64,000 nt of DNA, taken from positions 15,837 to 79,836 of the forward strand of contig CAMTVY010000001.1 in assembly GCA_947085325.1 (NCBI GenBank). Direction: 5' to 3'. The translations under genes were made by a program, and so were the position numbers. Position 1 is the stretch's first letter. The number at the start of each line of letters is the position of its first letter. Shown here piece by piece: positions 50,780-60,318 of this stretch. A model generated the notes under the pieces. The model was given only the letters and a program-made list of their open reading frames with translations, searched no databases and had not been told where the DNA came from. The stretch is from an uncultured Gammaproteobacteria bacterium. GTDB taxonomy: Bacteria > Pseudomonadota > Gammaproteobacteria > SURF-13.

Positions 50780-51091
50780 ATGACATTACCGCGCCATATA
50801 AATGATTTGCTGGAGACTGCCTCCGTCGCCCGTCTGGTGCGTCACGCACAGCACGTGCGGCGTGCGACTGGGATATTGCATGGGTGCGTGGGCGAGCAGG
50901 CGGCCGGGCATTGTGTGGTGGCGAATGTCCGCGCCGATGTGCTGGTAATTCATACGGATACGCCTGCGTGGGCGGCCAAACTCCGTTTCCAGGTGGCGCC
51001 CTTGCTTAAGCAGTTCAGGCAGGAGCCGGATTTCGCAGGACTGCGCACTATCCACATCAAGTCCTTTCCCGCCAGCCATCCCGGCAACTGA
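50780..51091 (+). CDS. DUF721 (DciA-like) domain-containing protein
   Basis: 103 aa. VANVRADVLVIHTDTPAWAAKLRFQVAPLLKQF fits the DUF721 pattern. The position between secA and lpxC matches other gammaproteobacteria. Confidence 0.5.
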   Translation: MTLPRHINDLLETASVARLVRHAQHVRRATGILHGCVGEQAAGHCVVANVRADVLVIHTDTPAWAAKLRFQVAPLLKQFRQEPDFAGLRTIHIKSFPASHPGN

Positions 51092-51111
51092 GCGGCGCAG
51101 GGTGCCAGGCG

Positions 51112-52026
51112 TCAGTGGCTGGCGGTGACCGGTTGCATGAAGGAAATCGGCGCGGAGCGCTCGTCATCGAAGGTGACCAGTTCCCACGCGCTTTCGTCGG
51201 CGATGAGGGTGCGCAACAAGTGGTTGTTGAGCGCATGGCCTGACTTGTGGCCGCTGAAGGCACCGATGAGGCTGCGCCCGAGCAGGTACAGGTCGCCGAT
51301 GGCATCCAGTATCTTGTGTTTGACGAATTCATCGTCGTAGCGCAGGCCGTCTTCGTTCAGAATGCGGTAATCATCCATCACGATGGCGTTATCCAGGCTG
51401 CCGCCCAGGGCCAGACCGCGTTCACGCAACAGTTCCACGTCGCGCATGAAGCCGAAAGTGCGCGCGCGGCTCACTTCCTTCACGAACGAGGTGGTGGAGA
51501 AGTCAATGGACGCCTCACGATGGCTGTCCTTGAACAGGGGGTGGTTGAAGTCGATGCTGAAGGCCACCTTGAAGCCATTAAAGGGTTCGAAGCGCGCCCA
51601 TTTGTCACCGTCTTCTACCCGCACGGTGCGCTTGATGCGGATAAAGTGCTTGGGGGCGTTTTGCTCTTCGATGCCGGCGGACTGGATCAGAAATACAAAC
51701 GGACCGGCGCTGCCATCCATGATCGGCACTTCAGCCGCGCTCAGGTCAATGTAGGCATTGTCTACGCCGAGGCCCGCGAGCGCCGACAGCAGATGTTCAA
51801 CAGTGGAGATGCGCACATCGCCGCTTACCAGTGTCGTAGAGAGTTGGGTGTCGCCAACGTTTTCCGGGCGCGCCTGCACCTCGACCGGTACCGGCAAGTC
51901 AACGCGACGGAACACGATGCCGGTGTTGACGGCAGCCGGTCGCAGCGTAAGGTAGATCTTCTCCCCGGTGTGCAGGCCAACCCCAGTGGCCCTGATGACA
52001 TTGCGCAACGTGCGTTGTTTTATCAT
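51112..52026 (-). CDS. lpxC: UDP-3-O-acyl-N-acetylglucosamine deacetylase
   Basis: [32 protein letters not shown]-terminus and the TVEHLLSAL and [12 protein letters not shown] motifs; 304 aa. Confidence 0.95.
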   Translation of the reverse strand: MIKQRTLRNVIRATGVGLHTGEKIYLTLRPAAVNTGIVFRRVDLPVPVEVQARPENVGDTQLSTTLVSGDVRISTVEHLLSALAGLGVDNAYIDLSAAEVPIMDGSAGPFVFLIQSAGIEEQNAPKHFIRIKRTVRVEDGDKWARFEPFNGFKVAFSIDFNHPLFKDSHREASIDFSTTSFVKEVSRARTFGFMRDVELLRERGLALGGSLDNAIVMDDYRILNEDGLRYDDEFVKHKILDAIGDLYLLGRSLIGAFSGHKSGHALNNHLLRTLIADESAWELVTFDDERSAPISFMQPVTASH

Positions 52027-52220
52027 TCTTCCCCGCTCCCTGTGCAAAGGGTGGTTATAATTCAGACAGATAGCAATCTTATCACAGGAAAATGGCCTTT
52101 GCCTAGCCTGCTGTAGCCGCTATCCCGGTATAAGTGCCTGATTCCATTTGGTTCGTCAGCCAGCCTGGGTGTGCGGCGGCACGCCCCATTGGGTCTGTAG
52201 TGGCCAAAATTGCCTCAACT

Positions 52221-53366
52221 TCAGTCCGCCTGCCGCCGCAGAAAGGCCGGGATATCGAGGTAGTCAAGATTACCGTCGGCGTTGCCGGAGAAGCGTTCGC
52301 CGCCTGCCACCTGATTGCGGATTACCGTGGGACGCTCGAGTTGGCCGTAATCCACGACCGGGCTGGTGCTTTTTTGCACCAGGCGCACGGGCCGCTCTTC
52401 GCTCCTGGTGCTCTGGCCCAGGCCGGTGGCCACAACTGTGACGCGCATTTCCTCGTTCATATCAGGATCAAGGACGGTACCCACCACCACGGTGGCGTTT
52501 TCCGAGACCAGTTCTTTCACGGCGTTGCCGACTTCCTCGAATTCCCCGATGGACATGTTGAGGCCGGCGGTCACGTTGACCAGGATGCCGCGTGCGCCTG
52601 CCAGGCTGATGTTTTCCAGCAGCGGACTGGCGATGGCCGCTTCGGCCGCCTTGCGTGAGCGGTTTTCGCCGGAGGCTACTCCGGAGCCCATCATCGCCAT
52701 GCCCATTTCCGACATGACGGTACGCACGTCGGCAAAATCCACGTTGATGAGGCCGGGGCGGGTAATGAGGTCGGCGATGCCCTGCACCGCGCCGAGCAGC
52801 ACGTCGTTGGCCGACTTGAAGGCATTCAGCAGGCTGATGTCCTTGCCCAGCACGATGAGCAGCTTCTCATTCGGGATAGTGATGAGCGAGTCGACATACT
52901 GGCTCAATTCCTTGATGCCGTTCTCGGCGATCAGCATGCGTTTGCTGCCTTCAAACGGAAACGGCTTGGTGACCACGGCCACGGTGAGGATGCCCAGCTC
53001 CTTGGCGATCTGCGCTACTACCGGCGCTGCGCCGGTGCCGGTGCCGCCGCCCATACCCGCAGTGATAAAGACCATGTCGGCGCCCTCAAGCACCTCGATG
53101 ATGCGATCACGGTCGTCCATGGCGGCCTGACGCCCGATGTCGGGGTTGGCGCCGGCGCCCAGCCCTTTGGTGATGGCGCCGCCCAGTTGCAGCACGGTGC
53201 GGGCCGAGGTGTTTTTGAGTGCCTGGGCATCGGTGTTGGCGCAGACGAAATCGACGCCCTCGATATTGGCATGCACCATGTGCTCGACCGCATTGCCGCC
53301 GCCGCCGCCTACGCCGATGACCTTGATGACTGCGTTTTGCGTATAGGTATCGATTAGTTCAAACAT
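52221..53366 (-). CDS. ftsZ: Cell division protein FtsZ
   Basis: [10 protein letters not shown], the GGGTGTG tubulin signature and the C-terminal DIPAFLRRQ peptide; 381 aa. An AAAGGAGG SD lies upstream. Confidence 0.97.
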   Translation of the reverse strand: MFELIDTYTQNAVIKVIGVGGGGGNAVEHMVHANIEGVDFVCANTDAQALKNTSARTVLQLGGAITKGLGAGANPDIGRQAAMDDRDRIIEVLEGADMVFITAGMGGGTGTGAAPVVAQIAKELGILTVAVVTKPFPFEGSKRMLIAENGIKELSQYVDSLITIPNEKLLIVLGKDISLLNAFKSANDVLLGAVQGIADLITRPGLINVDFADVRTVMSEMGMAMMGSGVASGENRSRKAAEAAIASPLLENISLAGARGILVNVTAGLNMSIGEFEEVGNAVKELVSENATVVVGTVLDPDMNEEMRVTVVATGLGQSTRSEERPVRLVQKSTSPVVDYGQLERPTVIRNQVAGGERFSGNADGNLDYLDIPAFLRRQAD

Positions 53367-53462
53367 GGTATTCCTCCTTTAATTGAAGTAGCGAGTAGCG
53401 AGGTGTCAGTGGCGAGTAACTAATTTCTAGCTGCTCGCTACTAGCCACTCGCCACTGTATTT
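53367..53462 (-). repeat. Heptad-periodic intercistronic element, family D copy 3 (ftsA stop to ftsZ start)
   Basis: The minus strand reads TAA-AAATACAG-TGGCGAG-TGGCTAG-TAGCGAG-CAGCTAG-AAATTAG-TTACTCG-CCACTGA-CACCTCG-CTACTCG-CTACTTC-AATTAAAGGAGGAATACC-ATG. It has 9- and 10-bp complementary blocks in an interleaved order. Confidence 0.8.
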
Positions 53463-54698
53463 TTAAAAATTTCCCTGAAACCAACTTCTCATGCGTTCCC
53501 ACACGCCCTGGCCGGACTTGAGTTTCCTGTTCGACTTGGGGCTGCTGCGATGCCGCTGACCAAACAAGAGCAGGCCGACGCCGGTGGAGTAGATAGGATT
53601 GCGCACCACGTCCACCAGCCCGCCGACGTACTGCGGCAGGCCAATCCGCACGGGCATGTGGAAGATTTCCTCGGCCAGTTCGACCGTGCCCTCCATCTTG
53701 GAGCTGCCGCCGGTAAGCACGATGCCGGCGGCGATCAGATCCTCGAAACCACTGCGCCGGAGTTCTGTCTGCACCAGGGTGAACAGCTCTTCGAGGCGCG
53801 GCTCGACCACTTCGGCGAGGGTCTGGCGTGCCAGCCGACGTGCCGGACGGTCGCCTACGCTCGGCACCTCGATGGTCTCGTCGGCCTGCGCCAACTGGGT
53901 CAGCGCGCAGGCGTATTTGATCTTGATTTCCTCCGCATGCAGCGTGGGTGTGCGCAATGCCACCGCGATGTCGTTGGTGACCTGGTCGCCGGCGATGGGG
54001 ATGACTGCGGTGTGGCGGATCGCGCCGCCGGTGAATACGGCGATGTCGGTGGTGCCGCCGCCGATATCCACCAGGCAGACGCCAAGCTCTTTTTCGTCGT
54101 CAGTAAGCACCGCCGCGCTGGAGGCAAGCTGTTCGAGAATGATGTCGTCCACTTCCAGCCCACAGCGGCGCACGCATTTGATGATGTTCTGCGCTGCGCT
54201 CACTGCGCCGGTTACCAGATGCACCTTGGCCTCCATGCGCACGCCCGACATGCCGATGGGCTCGCGGATACCCTCCTGGTTGTCGATGATGAATTCCTGC
54301 GGCAGGATGTGCAGTATGCGTTGATCCGCGGGAATCGCTACCGCGCGTGCAGCGTCGATAACGCGCTCAACGTCGCTTTGGTGCACTTCCTTTTCGCTGA
54401 TCGCCACGATGCCATGCGAATTGAGGCTGCGAATGTGCGAGCCGGCGATGCCGGCATATACCGAGTGGATCTGGCAGCCGGCCATGAGCTCGGCTTCTTC
54501 CGCTGCGCGCTGTATGGACTGCACGGTGGATTCGATGTTGACGACCACACCTTTTTTCAGCCCGCGCGAGGGATGTGAGCCGATGCCGATGATCTCGATG
54601 CTGCCGTCAGCAGTAATTTCGCCCACGATCGCGACCACCTTGGAGGTGCCGATATCGAGACCCACGATCAGGTTTTTTTCGGTTTTCCTGGACATCAA
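53463..54698 (-). CDS. ftsA: Cell division protein FtsA
   Basis: LIVGLDIGTSKVVAIVGE actin-like fold motifs and VDIGGGTTDIAVF; 411 aa. Confidence 0.95.
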   Translation of the reverse strand: MMSRKTEKNLIVGLDIGTSKVVAIVGEITADGSIEIIGIGSHPSRGLKKGVVVNIESTVQSIQRAAEEAELMAGCQIHSVYAGIAGSHIRSLNSHGIVAISEKEVHQSDVERVIDAARAVAIPADQRILHILPQEFIIDNQEGIREPIGMSGVRMEAKVHLVTGAVSAAQNIIKCVRRCGLEVDDIILEQLASSAAVLTDDEKELGVCLVDIGGGTTDIAVFTGGAIRHTAVIPIAGDQVTNDIAVALRTPTLHAEEIKIKYACALTQLAQADETIEVPSVGDRPARRLARQTLAEVVEPRLEELFTLVQTELRRSGFEDLIAAGIVLTGGSSKMEGTVELAEEIFHMPVRIGLPQYVGGLVDVVRNPIYSTGVGLLLFGQRHRSSPKSNRKLKSGQGVWERMRSWFQGNF

Positions 54699-55639
54699 CT
54701 ATTTCTCCCCGTTGCTGCTGTATTTTCGCCGGACTCCTGTTGCAACCAGCGCACGGCCAGACCATTGCTGTAACGTAAATCGATGACGGCAGGTTGTAAC
54801 CCCGCGGCTTGCAAGGCGGGCCATGCGCGCACAAAACGCATGAGGCGCGCATAGCTGTCAGAGCGGCCAAGCGCAAGGTCAATGTCGTTGTCGAGTGTCA
54901 GATGAAACGCCCGCCGGTTGTCCTGGGTGAGGTGTGTTATCCGCAGCCCCAGCGGCAGCAGTGTCTGGTTCATGGCCTGGTAATGCCCGAGCAGGGCACC
55001 GTGCGCGTCGTGCGGCCCCCGGATGGCGGGGAGGCGTTCCGGATAAGAGGCGGGGTCTGGCGTAAACAGCGTGCCGCTGGTGTTGAGCAGGCCAGTGGCT
55101 GCTTCGTCACCGGCTTCGGCCCAGGTGGCGGCGGCGACATGTTCGGTGATGCTCACGCGCAGGGTGTCAGGCCACACGCGCTGTACGTTGACGCTGCTGA
55201 TCCAGGGCAGTGCCAGCGCAGTCTGGCGGATGGCGTCGACATCCACGCGGAGGAAATTGCCGCTGGTCACAGTGGCAAGTTTCTGCTGCAACTCCACGGC
55301 AGTCACATGCGTGAAGCGGCCCTCGATGCGTACCGATGTAATCGGCAAGGTGGCAGGGTCGAGCAGCTTCATGCCGAGCACGCCTGCCGTTGCCGCGACC
55401 AGTACGCCCAGCGTGGTCAGCAGCAGCATGCGCAGACGCGGACGCTGTCGCGTTACCGGCTGCGGTGTACGGCGCGGGGGCGCTGCGTCAGTGCGCACGG
55501 CGATGTGGAGTACGGGCTCTTTCCGCTGCGCATGCAGTCGGGCATGGCCAACAACGTCCCGCTCATGCATGGCCGGCATGATTGGCGCATGCTCGATGGT
55601 GTGGCGCAGCGGGCGGATTGTGCCGGCGTTATGCAACAC
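54695..55639 (-). CDS. ftsQ: Cell division protein FtsQ (start uncertain)
   Basis: A single TM (LLLTTLGVLVAATAGVLGM) followed by POTRA (ITSVRIEGRFTHVTAVELQQ) and FtsQ domains, between ddl and ftsA. Alternative starts at 55579 and 55570. Confidence 0.85.
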   Translation of the reverse strand: MLHNAGTIRPLRHTIEHAPIMPAMHERDVVGHARLHAQRKEPVLHIAVRTDAAPPRRTPQPVTRQRPRLRMLLLTTLGVLVAATAGVLGMKLLDPATLPITSVRIEGRFTHVTAVELQQKLATVTSGNFLRVDVDAIRQTALALPWISSVNVQRVWPDTLRVSITEHVAAATWAEAGDEAATGLLNTSGTLFTPDPASYPERLPAIRGPHDAHGALLGHYQAMNQTLLPLGLRITHLTQDNRRAFHLTLDNDIDLALGRSDSYARLMRFVRAWPALQAAGLQPAVIDLRYSNGLAVRWLQQESGENTAATGRNS

Positions 55640-56579
55640 GGCCAGCCTCCGTCCGGGATGCAGTCAGACTGGTTTCCAGAATGCGCCACACCAGTGTATC
55701 GAAATCCATGCCTGCGGCGCGCGCGGCCATGGGTACCAGGCTGTGGCTGGTCATGCCGGGTACGGTGTTGGCCTCCAGCAGCCACGGTTGTCCCGCAGCG
55801 TCAACCATGAAATCGACGCGCCCCCAGCCGCTGCAGCCGAGCGCTTCGAATGCGCGCACGGCCAGTTGCTGCAATTCCCGTTCGCGCTGCTGGTCGAGGC
55901 CACAGGGGCAGTGATAGAGCGTGTCATTGGCGACATATTTGGCCTGGTAGTCGTAAAATCCCGATGCCGCTTCGATGCGGATGAGCGGCAGCGCTTCGCC
56001 GCCCAGCAGGGAGGCGGTGTATTCGGCGCCCTGGATATACCGTTCGGCCACCACGTCGGTGTCGTAGGCCAGGGCCGCTTGCCATGCCGGGTGCAGTGCA
56101 TCCGGTGTCGTCACCTGCGTGATACCCAGGGTGGAACCCTCGCGGGCCGGTTTCACAATCAGGGGCAGTCCTATCTCTTGTAATGCGCGCGACACGTCAT
56201 CGGGGTGATTGAGTACCGCGAACTCCGGCGTCGGCAGCCCCAGCGCCTGCCACACGTGCTTGGTGCGCACCTTGTCCATGCCCAGCGCCGAGCCGAGCAC
56301 GCCGCTGCCGGTGTAAGGCAGGCCGAGCATTTCGAGCGCGCCTTGCAGCACGCCGTCTTCACCGCCACGGCCATGCAATACGATGAAAACGCGGTCGAAG
56401 CCCCCCTGTTGCAGCAGGCGCAACAGTTCAGTGCCGAAGGCGTCCAGTGCGTGCGCATCCACGCCTTTGCGTCGCAGCGCTTCATACACGGCCTTGCCAC
56501 TGGTGAGCGATACCTCGCGCTCGGCGGATGTCCCGCCATACACGACGGCGACCTTGCCGAAATCCGTCGCGCGCGTCAT
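55629..56579 (-). CDS. ddl: D-alanine--D-alanine ligase
   Basis: KVAVVYGGTSAEREVSLTSG N-terminus, ATP-grasp motifs and LEANTVPGMT; 316 aa. The ATG overlaps the murB TGA. Confidence 0.95.
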   Translation of the reverse strand: MTRATDFGKVAVVYGGTSAEREVSLTSGKAVYEALRRKGVDAHALDAFGTELLRLLQQGGFDRVFIVLHGRGGEDGVLQGALEMLGLPYTGSGVLGSALGMDKVRTKHVWQALGLPTPEFAVLNHPDDVSRALQEIGLPLIVKPAREGSTLGITQVTTPDALHPAWQAALAYDTDVVAERYIQGAEYTASLLGGEALPLIRIEAASGFYDYQAKYVANDTLYHCPCGLDQQRERELQQLAVRAFEALGCSGWGRVDFMVDAAGQPWLLEANTVPGMTSHSLVPMAARAAGMDFDTLVWRILETSLTASRTEAGRVA

Positions 56580-57499
56580 GCGTCCCCCACGATGCGCACT
56601 TCCGGCACCAGTTGTACGCCGCACTGCTGCTGCACGCTGGAGGCAATTTTCCGGATCAGCGTCTCGATGTCCGCCGCCGTGGCAGTGCCGGTGTTGATGA
56701 TGAAGTTGGCGTGTTTGTCCGACACGCAGGCGCCGCCGACGCACAGGCCCTTGAGTCCGCAGCGCTCGATAAGGCGCGCGGCGTGATCCCCGGGCGGATT
56801 GCGAAACACCGAGCCCGCATTAGGCTGGTTGACCGGCTGGGTCTGGTTGCGTTTCTCAAGCAATTCCTTGATGCGTGCGCTGATGGCGACGCTATCGCCG
56901 GGTGCCAGGCGGAAATGCGCGGCGCCGAACCACTCCTCGCGGGCGCTGCGCGGTTGCACGCTGCGATAGCCGATGTGAAAGTCCTCCGGGGTGCGCAGAT
57001 GGTGATCGCCGTGGCGGTCGAGGGTTTCGACAGCACACAGCCACAGCCAGGTTTCGCTGCCATGGGCACCGGCATTCATGGCCAGCGCGCCACCCACGGT
57101 GCCGGGAATGCCGGCAAGAAATTCGATGCCGGCAAGGCCCGCGCGCGCGGCAAAGCGCGCCACCTTGGCGCAGGCCACGCCCGCCTCGGCGCGCACGGTG
57201 CGCGCGTCGATCTGGGTAAGCTCGTTGAGTGCGCCGCTGACGCTAACCACGCTGCCGTTGAAGCCACCGTCGCGTACCAGCAGATTGCTGCCAAGGCCGA
57301 GCCACAGCAGCGGTTCGGTCGCGGGTAATTGCCGCAGAAACTGCCCCAGGTCGTCCAGGTCGGCGGGTTGAAAAAAGTGCTGCGCAGGACCACCCACACG
57401 CCAGGACGTATGACGCGCCATGGGCTCGTCGTGGCGTAGTGTCCCGCGCAGCTTAAACGTCGCCATCGGGGAGTTGTGATGATGGAGCTCTACGTTCAT
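56576..57499 (-). CDS. murB: UDP-N-acetylenolpyruvoylglucosamine reductase
   Basis: FAD-binding domain ([13 protein letters not shown]), AGSVFRNP and [13 protein letters not shown] motifs; 307 aa. Confidence 0.95.
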   Translation of the reverse strand: MNVELHHHNSPMATFKLRGTLRHDEPMARHTSWRVGGPAQHFFQPADLDDLGQFLRQLPATEPLLWLGLGSNLLVRDGGFNGSVVSVSGALNELTQIDARTVRAEAGVACAKVARFAARAGLAGIEFLAGIPGTVGGALAMNAGAHGSETWLWLCAVETLDRHGDHHLRTPEDFHIGYRSVQPRSAREEWFGAAHFRLAPGDSVAISARIKELLEKRNQTQPVNQPNAGSVFRNPPGDHAARLIERCGLKGLCVGGACVSDKHANFIINTGTATAADIETLIRKIASSVQQQCGVQLVPEVRIVGDA

Positions 57500-58947
57500 G
57501 GGCTTCCATTCCCGTGCTGCTTGCTGCGGTGATTCCGTTGCAGGGGCGTGACCGGCTGCGGTGCTGCTGCAAGCTGCTGTGGCAGGGTCGCCGCCACGGT
57601 ACCGATATCGCCCGCGCCCAGCGTGAGCAGTACATCGCCATCGGCGAGCAGGGCAGAGAGCGTCTCGGGCAGTTCAGTGGCGTGTTCGACGAACACCGGT
57701 TCGATCTTGCCGCGCACGCGAATGGCGCGCGCGAGTGCGCGGCCATCGGCGCCGGTGATGGGCGCTTCGCCTGCGGCATACACCTCGGTCAGCACCAGTG
57801 CATCGACCTCGGACAATACGCGCGCGAAGTCGTCAAACAGGTCGCGGGTACGGCTATAGCGGTGCGGCTGGAAGGCGACCAGCAGGCGTCGGTGCGGCCA
57901 GCCGTCGCGGATAGCCTGCACCGTGGCGGCGATTTCGCGCGGGTGGTGGCCGTAGTCGTCGATGATCAGCACCTTGCCGCCGGGCGTGACGATCTCGCCA
58001 TGCACCTGCATGCGCCGCGCGATGCCCTGAAAGCCCTCGAGCGCGCGCTGGATGGCGGCGTCGGACACGCCGACTTCGTGCGCCACCGCCATGGCGGCGA
58101 GCGCATTCAGCACGTTGTGACGGCCTGGCAGGTTGAGCGTGACTGGCAGCCACTCGTTGCCGCCGCGCCTGACCTTGAAGTGGGTGCGCGCCTGTTCCTG
58201 GTGGATGTCGTGCGCGCAAACATCGGCGTCGGCGGAAAATCCGTAGCTGAGTATGGGGCGTGTCACCTGCGGCAGAATTTCCTGCACCACCGGATCGTCC
58301 ACGCACAGCACGGCCAGCCCGTAAAACGGCAAGTGGTGCAGAAACTCGACGAAGGTCTGGCGCAGGCGCGTGAAGTCGCCGCCGTAAGTGTCCATGTGGT
58401 CGGCATCGATGTTGGTGACCACGGAGATCATGGGTTGCAGATATAAAAACGAGGCATCGCTTTCGTCCGCCTCGGCGACCAGATACTGGCCTGCGCCCAG
58501 GCGGGCATGCACGCCCGCGCTGTTCAGGCGGCCACCGATCACGAAGGTGGGGTCGAGCCCGCCTTCGGCGAGCAGGCTCGCGACCAGGCTGGTGGTCGTG
58601 GTCTTGCCGTGCGTGCCCGCAACCGCAATGCCGTGGCGAAAGCGCATGAGTTCGGCCAGCATTTCGGCGCGCGGTACGACCGGGATGCGCCGCGCACGCG
58701 CTGCCACGACTTCAGGGTTGTCGCTCTTGACGGCGGTCGAGGTGACGGCGACGTCGGCGTCCTGTACATGGCGCGCATCATGGCCGATCGCAATCCGGGC
58801 GCCGAGTTCGGCGAGGCGGCGTGTCATGGCGTTCGGGTGCAGATCGGAGCCGGATACCTGATAGCCCAGGTTGAGCAGCACTTCGGCAATACCGCCCATG
58901 CCCGCACCGCCTATGCCGATAAAATGGATGCGGCGCATACGACCCAT
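57496..58947 (-). CDS. murC: UDP-N-acetylmuramate--L-alanine ligase
   Basis: [25 protein letters not shown]-terminus and [10 protein letters not shown]-loop; 483 aa from ATG 58947 (alternative 58938). The tracked ORF's 79-codon N-terminal extension is read-through of repeat A2. Confidence 0.95.
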   Translation of the reverse strand: MGRMRRIHFIGIGGAGMGGIAEVLLNLGYQVSGSDLHPNAMTRRLAELGARIAIGHDARHVQDADVAVTSTAVKSDNPEVVAARARRIPVVPRAEMLAELMRFRHGIAVAGTHGKTTTTSLVASLLAEGGLDPTFVIGGRLNSAGVHARLGAGQYLVAEADESDASFLYLQPMISVVTNIDADHMDTYGGDFTRLRQTFVEFLHHLPFYGLAVLCVDDPVVQEILPQVTRPILSYGFSADADVCAHDIHQEQARTHFKVRRGGNEWLPVTLNLPGRHNVLNALAAMAVAHEVGVSDAAIQRALEGFQGIARRMQVHGEIVTPGGKVLIIDDYGHHPREIAATVQAIRDGWPHRRLLVAFQPHRYSRTRDLFDDFARVLSEVDALVLTEVYAAGEAPITGADGRALARAIRVRGKIEPVFVEHATELPETLSALLADGDVLLTLGAGDIGTVAATLPQQLAAAPQPVTPLQRNHRSKQHGNGSP

Positions 58948-58969
58948 GCCCAGGGTATGACGCGCGTTA

Positions 58970-59116
58970 GCAGGCTGTTGAAAAACAGCCTGCGTGCGGT
59001 GCAGGGATGCGCCGCCATTTTTCAGGCACGGTTTATGTGCTTGAAAAATGGAGCAAAGAAAAAACCACGTTTTTTGCTTTGCGGGTTGAAAAAGGCCATG
59101 GATGGCCTTTTTCAAC
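58970..59116 (-). repeat. Repeat family A, copy 2 (147 bp, five hairpins), between murG and murC
   Basis: Its reverse complement aligns along its full length with 57-203, with only a few substitutions plus differences in the loop of hairpin 2. It has the same orientation relative to transcription as copy 1 and starts 6 nt after the murG TAA. Confidence 0.9.
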
Positions 59117-59122
59117 ATATTG

Positions 59123-60190
59123 TTAGCCATGCGCCACCTCCCGGCAGACATCGGTAACACGCGCAGCGGCATCGGGCAGGGCAAGCCGGTGCGCTGCCGT
59201 GGCCATGGCGCGCAGCCGTTCGGGTGTGCGCTGGAGATCGGAGAGCAGCGTGGCGAGGGCGTGCGGCGTCAATTGCGATTGCGGCATCAACAGCGCGGCA
59301 TTCGCATCCGTGAGGTAACGCGCGTTGCGGGTCTGGTGATCATCCACTGCGAACGGGTAGGGCACCAGAATGGAGGCAACGCCGGCGCAGGCCAGCTCGG
59401 CAATGGTCAATGCACCGGCGCGGCACAGCACCAGATCGGCCCAGCTGTAGGCCGCCGCCATGTCATCGATGAAGGGCTCAGCCCGCGCGGTCACGTACGC
59501 GGCACGGTATTCCTGCTGGGCCGCCGCAAGGTGCTGTGTCCCTGTCTGGTGCCACACCTGGGGGCGCTGCGCGGCGGCAAGTTTGGCCAGGGCGCGCGGC
59601 ACCACTTCGTTCAAGGCGCGTGCGCCGCGACTGCCGCCCAGCACCAGCAGGCGCAGCGGGCCCGCATGCGCCGGGCGCGCGAGGCTGGCCAGTGCGGCGA
59701 TCGCCGCCCGCACCGGGTTGCCGGTGTGCAGCGGATGATATTTGATGTGCAGGCTGCCGGGGAAGGCCTCCAGCACGCGGCTGGCGATCGGCGCGAGCAG
59801 CCGGTTGGTGAGGCCCGCAATGCTGTTCTGTTCGTGAATCACCAGGGGCTTGTCGAGCAGCCAGGCCACCAGGCCACCCGGCCCGGTGACGAAGCCGCCC
59901 ATGCCGAGCACCAGGGTGGGCTTGAGCCGCGTTATGAGCAGCAATGCCTGCAGGAATGCCAGCCCGAGTTTGTAGGGCGCCAGCACCCAGCTCAACACAC
60001 CCTTGCCACGCAGCCCGCCGACCACGATGAATGAAATCGGAAATCCGGCGCGCGGCACGATGTCCGCCTCCAGTCCCGCGCGCGTGCCGAGCCACAATAC
60101 TTCACAGCCTTGTGTCTTTAATTCTTCGGCCACTGCCAAGGCCGGAAAGATGTGGCCGCCGGTGCCACCCGCCATGATGAGAACTCTCAT
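59123..60190 (-). CDS. murG: UDP-N-acetylglucosamine--N-acetylmuramyl-(pentapeptide) pyrophosphoryl-undecaprenol N-acetylglucosamine transferase
   Basis: [25 protein letters not shown]-terminus; 355 aa, the same length as E. coli MurG. Start ATG at 60190. Confidence 0.93.
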   Translation of the reverse strand: MRVLIMAGGTGGHIFPALAVAEELKTQGCEVLWLGTRAGLEADIVPRAGFPISFIVVGGLRGKGVLSWVLAPYKLGLAFLQALLLITRLKPTLVLGMGGFVTGPGGLVAWLLDKPLVIHEQNSIAGLTNRLLAPIASRVLEAFPGSLHIKYHPLHTGNPVRAAIAALASLARPAHAGPLRLLVLGGSRGARALNEVVPRALAKLAAAQRPQVWHQTGTQHLAAAQQEYRAAYVTARAEPFIDDMAAAYSWADLVLCRAGALTIAELACAGVASILVPYPFAVDDHQTRNARYLTDANAALLMPQSQLTPHALATLLSDLQRTPERLRAMATAAHRLALPDAAARVTDVCREVAHG

Positions 60191-60318
60191 AACCAGACAC
60201 CCGTGTATGCAACCATCCCTGGTGTAGCCGCCCGGCCATACCGTCCACGGCATGGCGCTCGTTGCGCCGCAACTCGCCCGCCGGTGCCGCCCGCCATGAT
60301 GATTACGCGTGTTGCCAT
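60187..60318 (-). other. 43-codon uORF formed by a duplicated murG initiation region, bridging ftsW and murG
   Basis: The minus strand reads [43 protein letters not shown]. The 22-nt block CCGGTGCC[G/A]CCCGCCATGATGA occurs at 60281-60302 and 60159-60180. The uORF start lies upstream of the ftsW stop (16-nt overlap) and its TGA overlaps the murG ATG (ATGA). Confidence 0.5.

Noticed and set aside
58948-59184. 79-codon N-terminal extension of murC (562-aa ORF in the track).
   Set aside because: The canonical MurC N-terminus ([16 protein letters not shown]) begins at 58947/58938. The extension is read-through of repeat A2 and the 3' end of murG.
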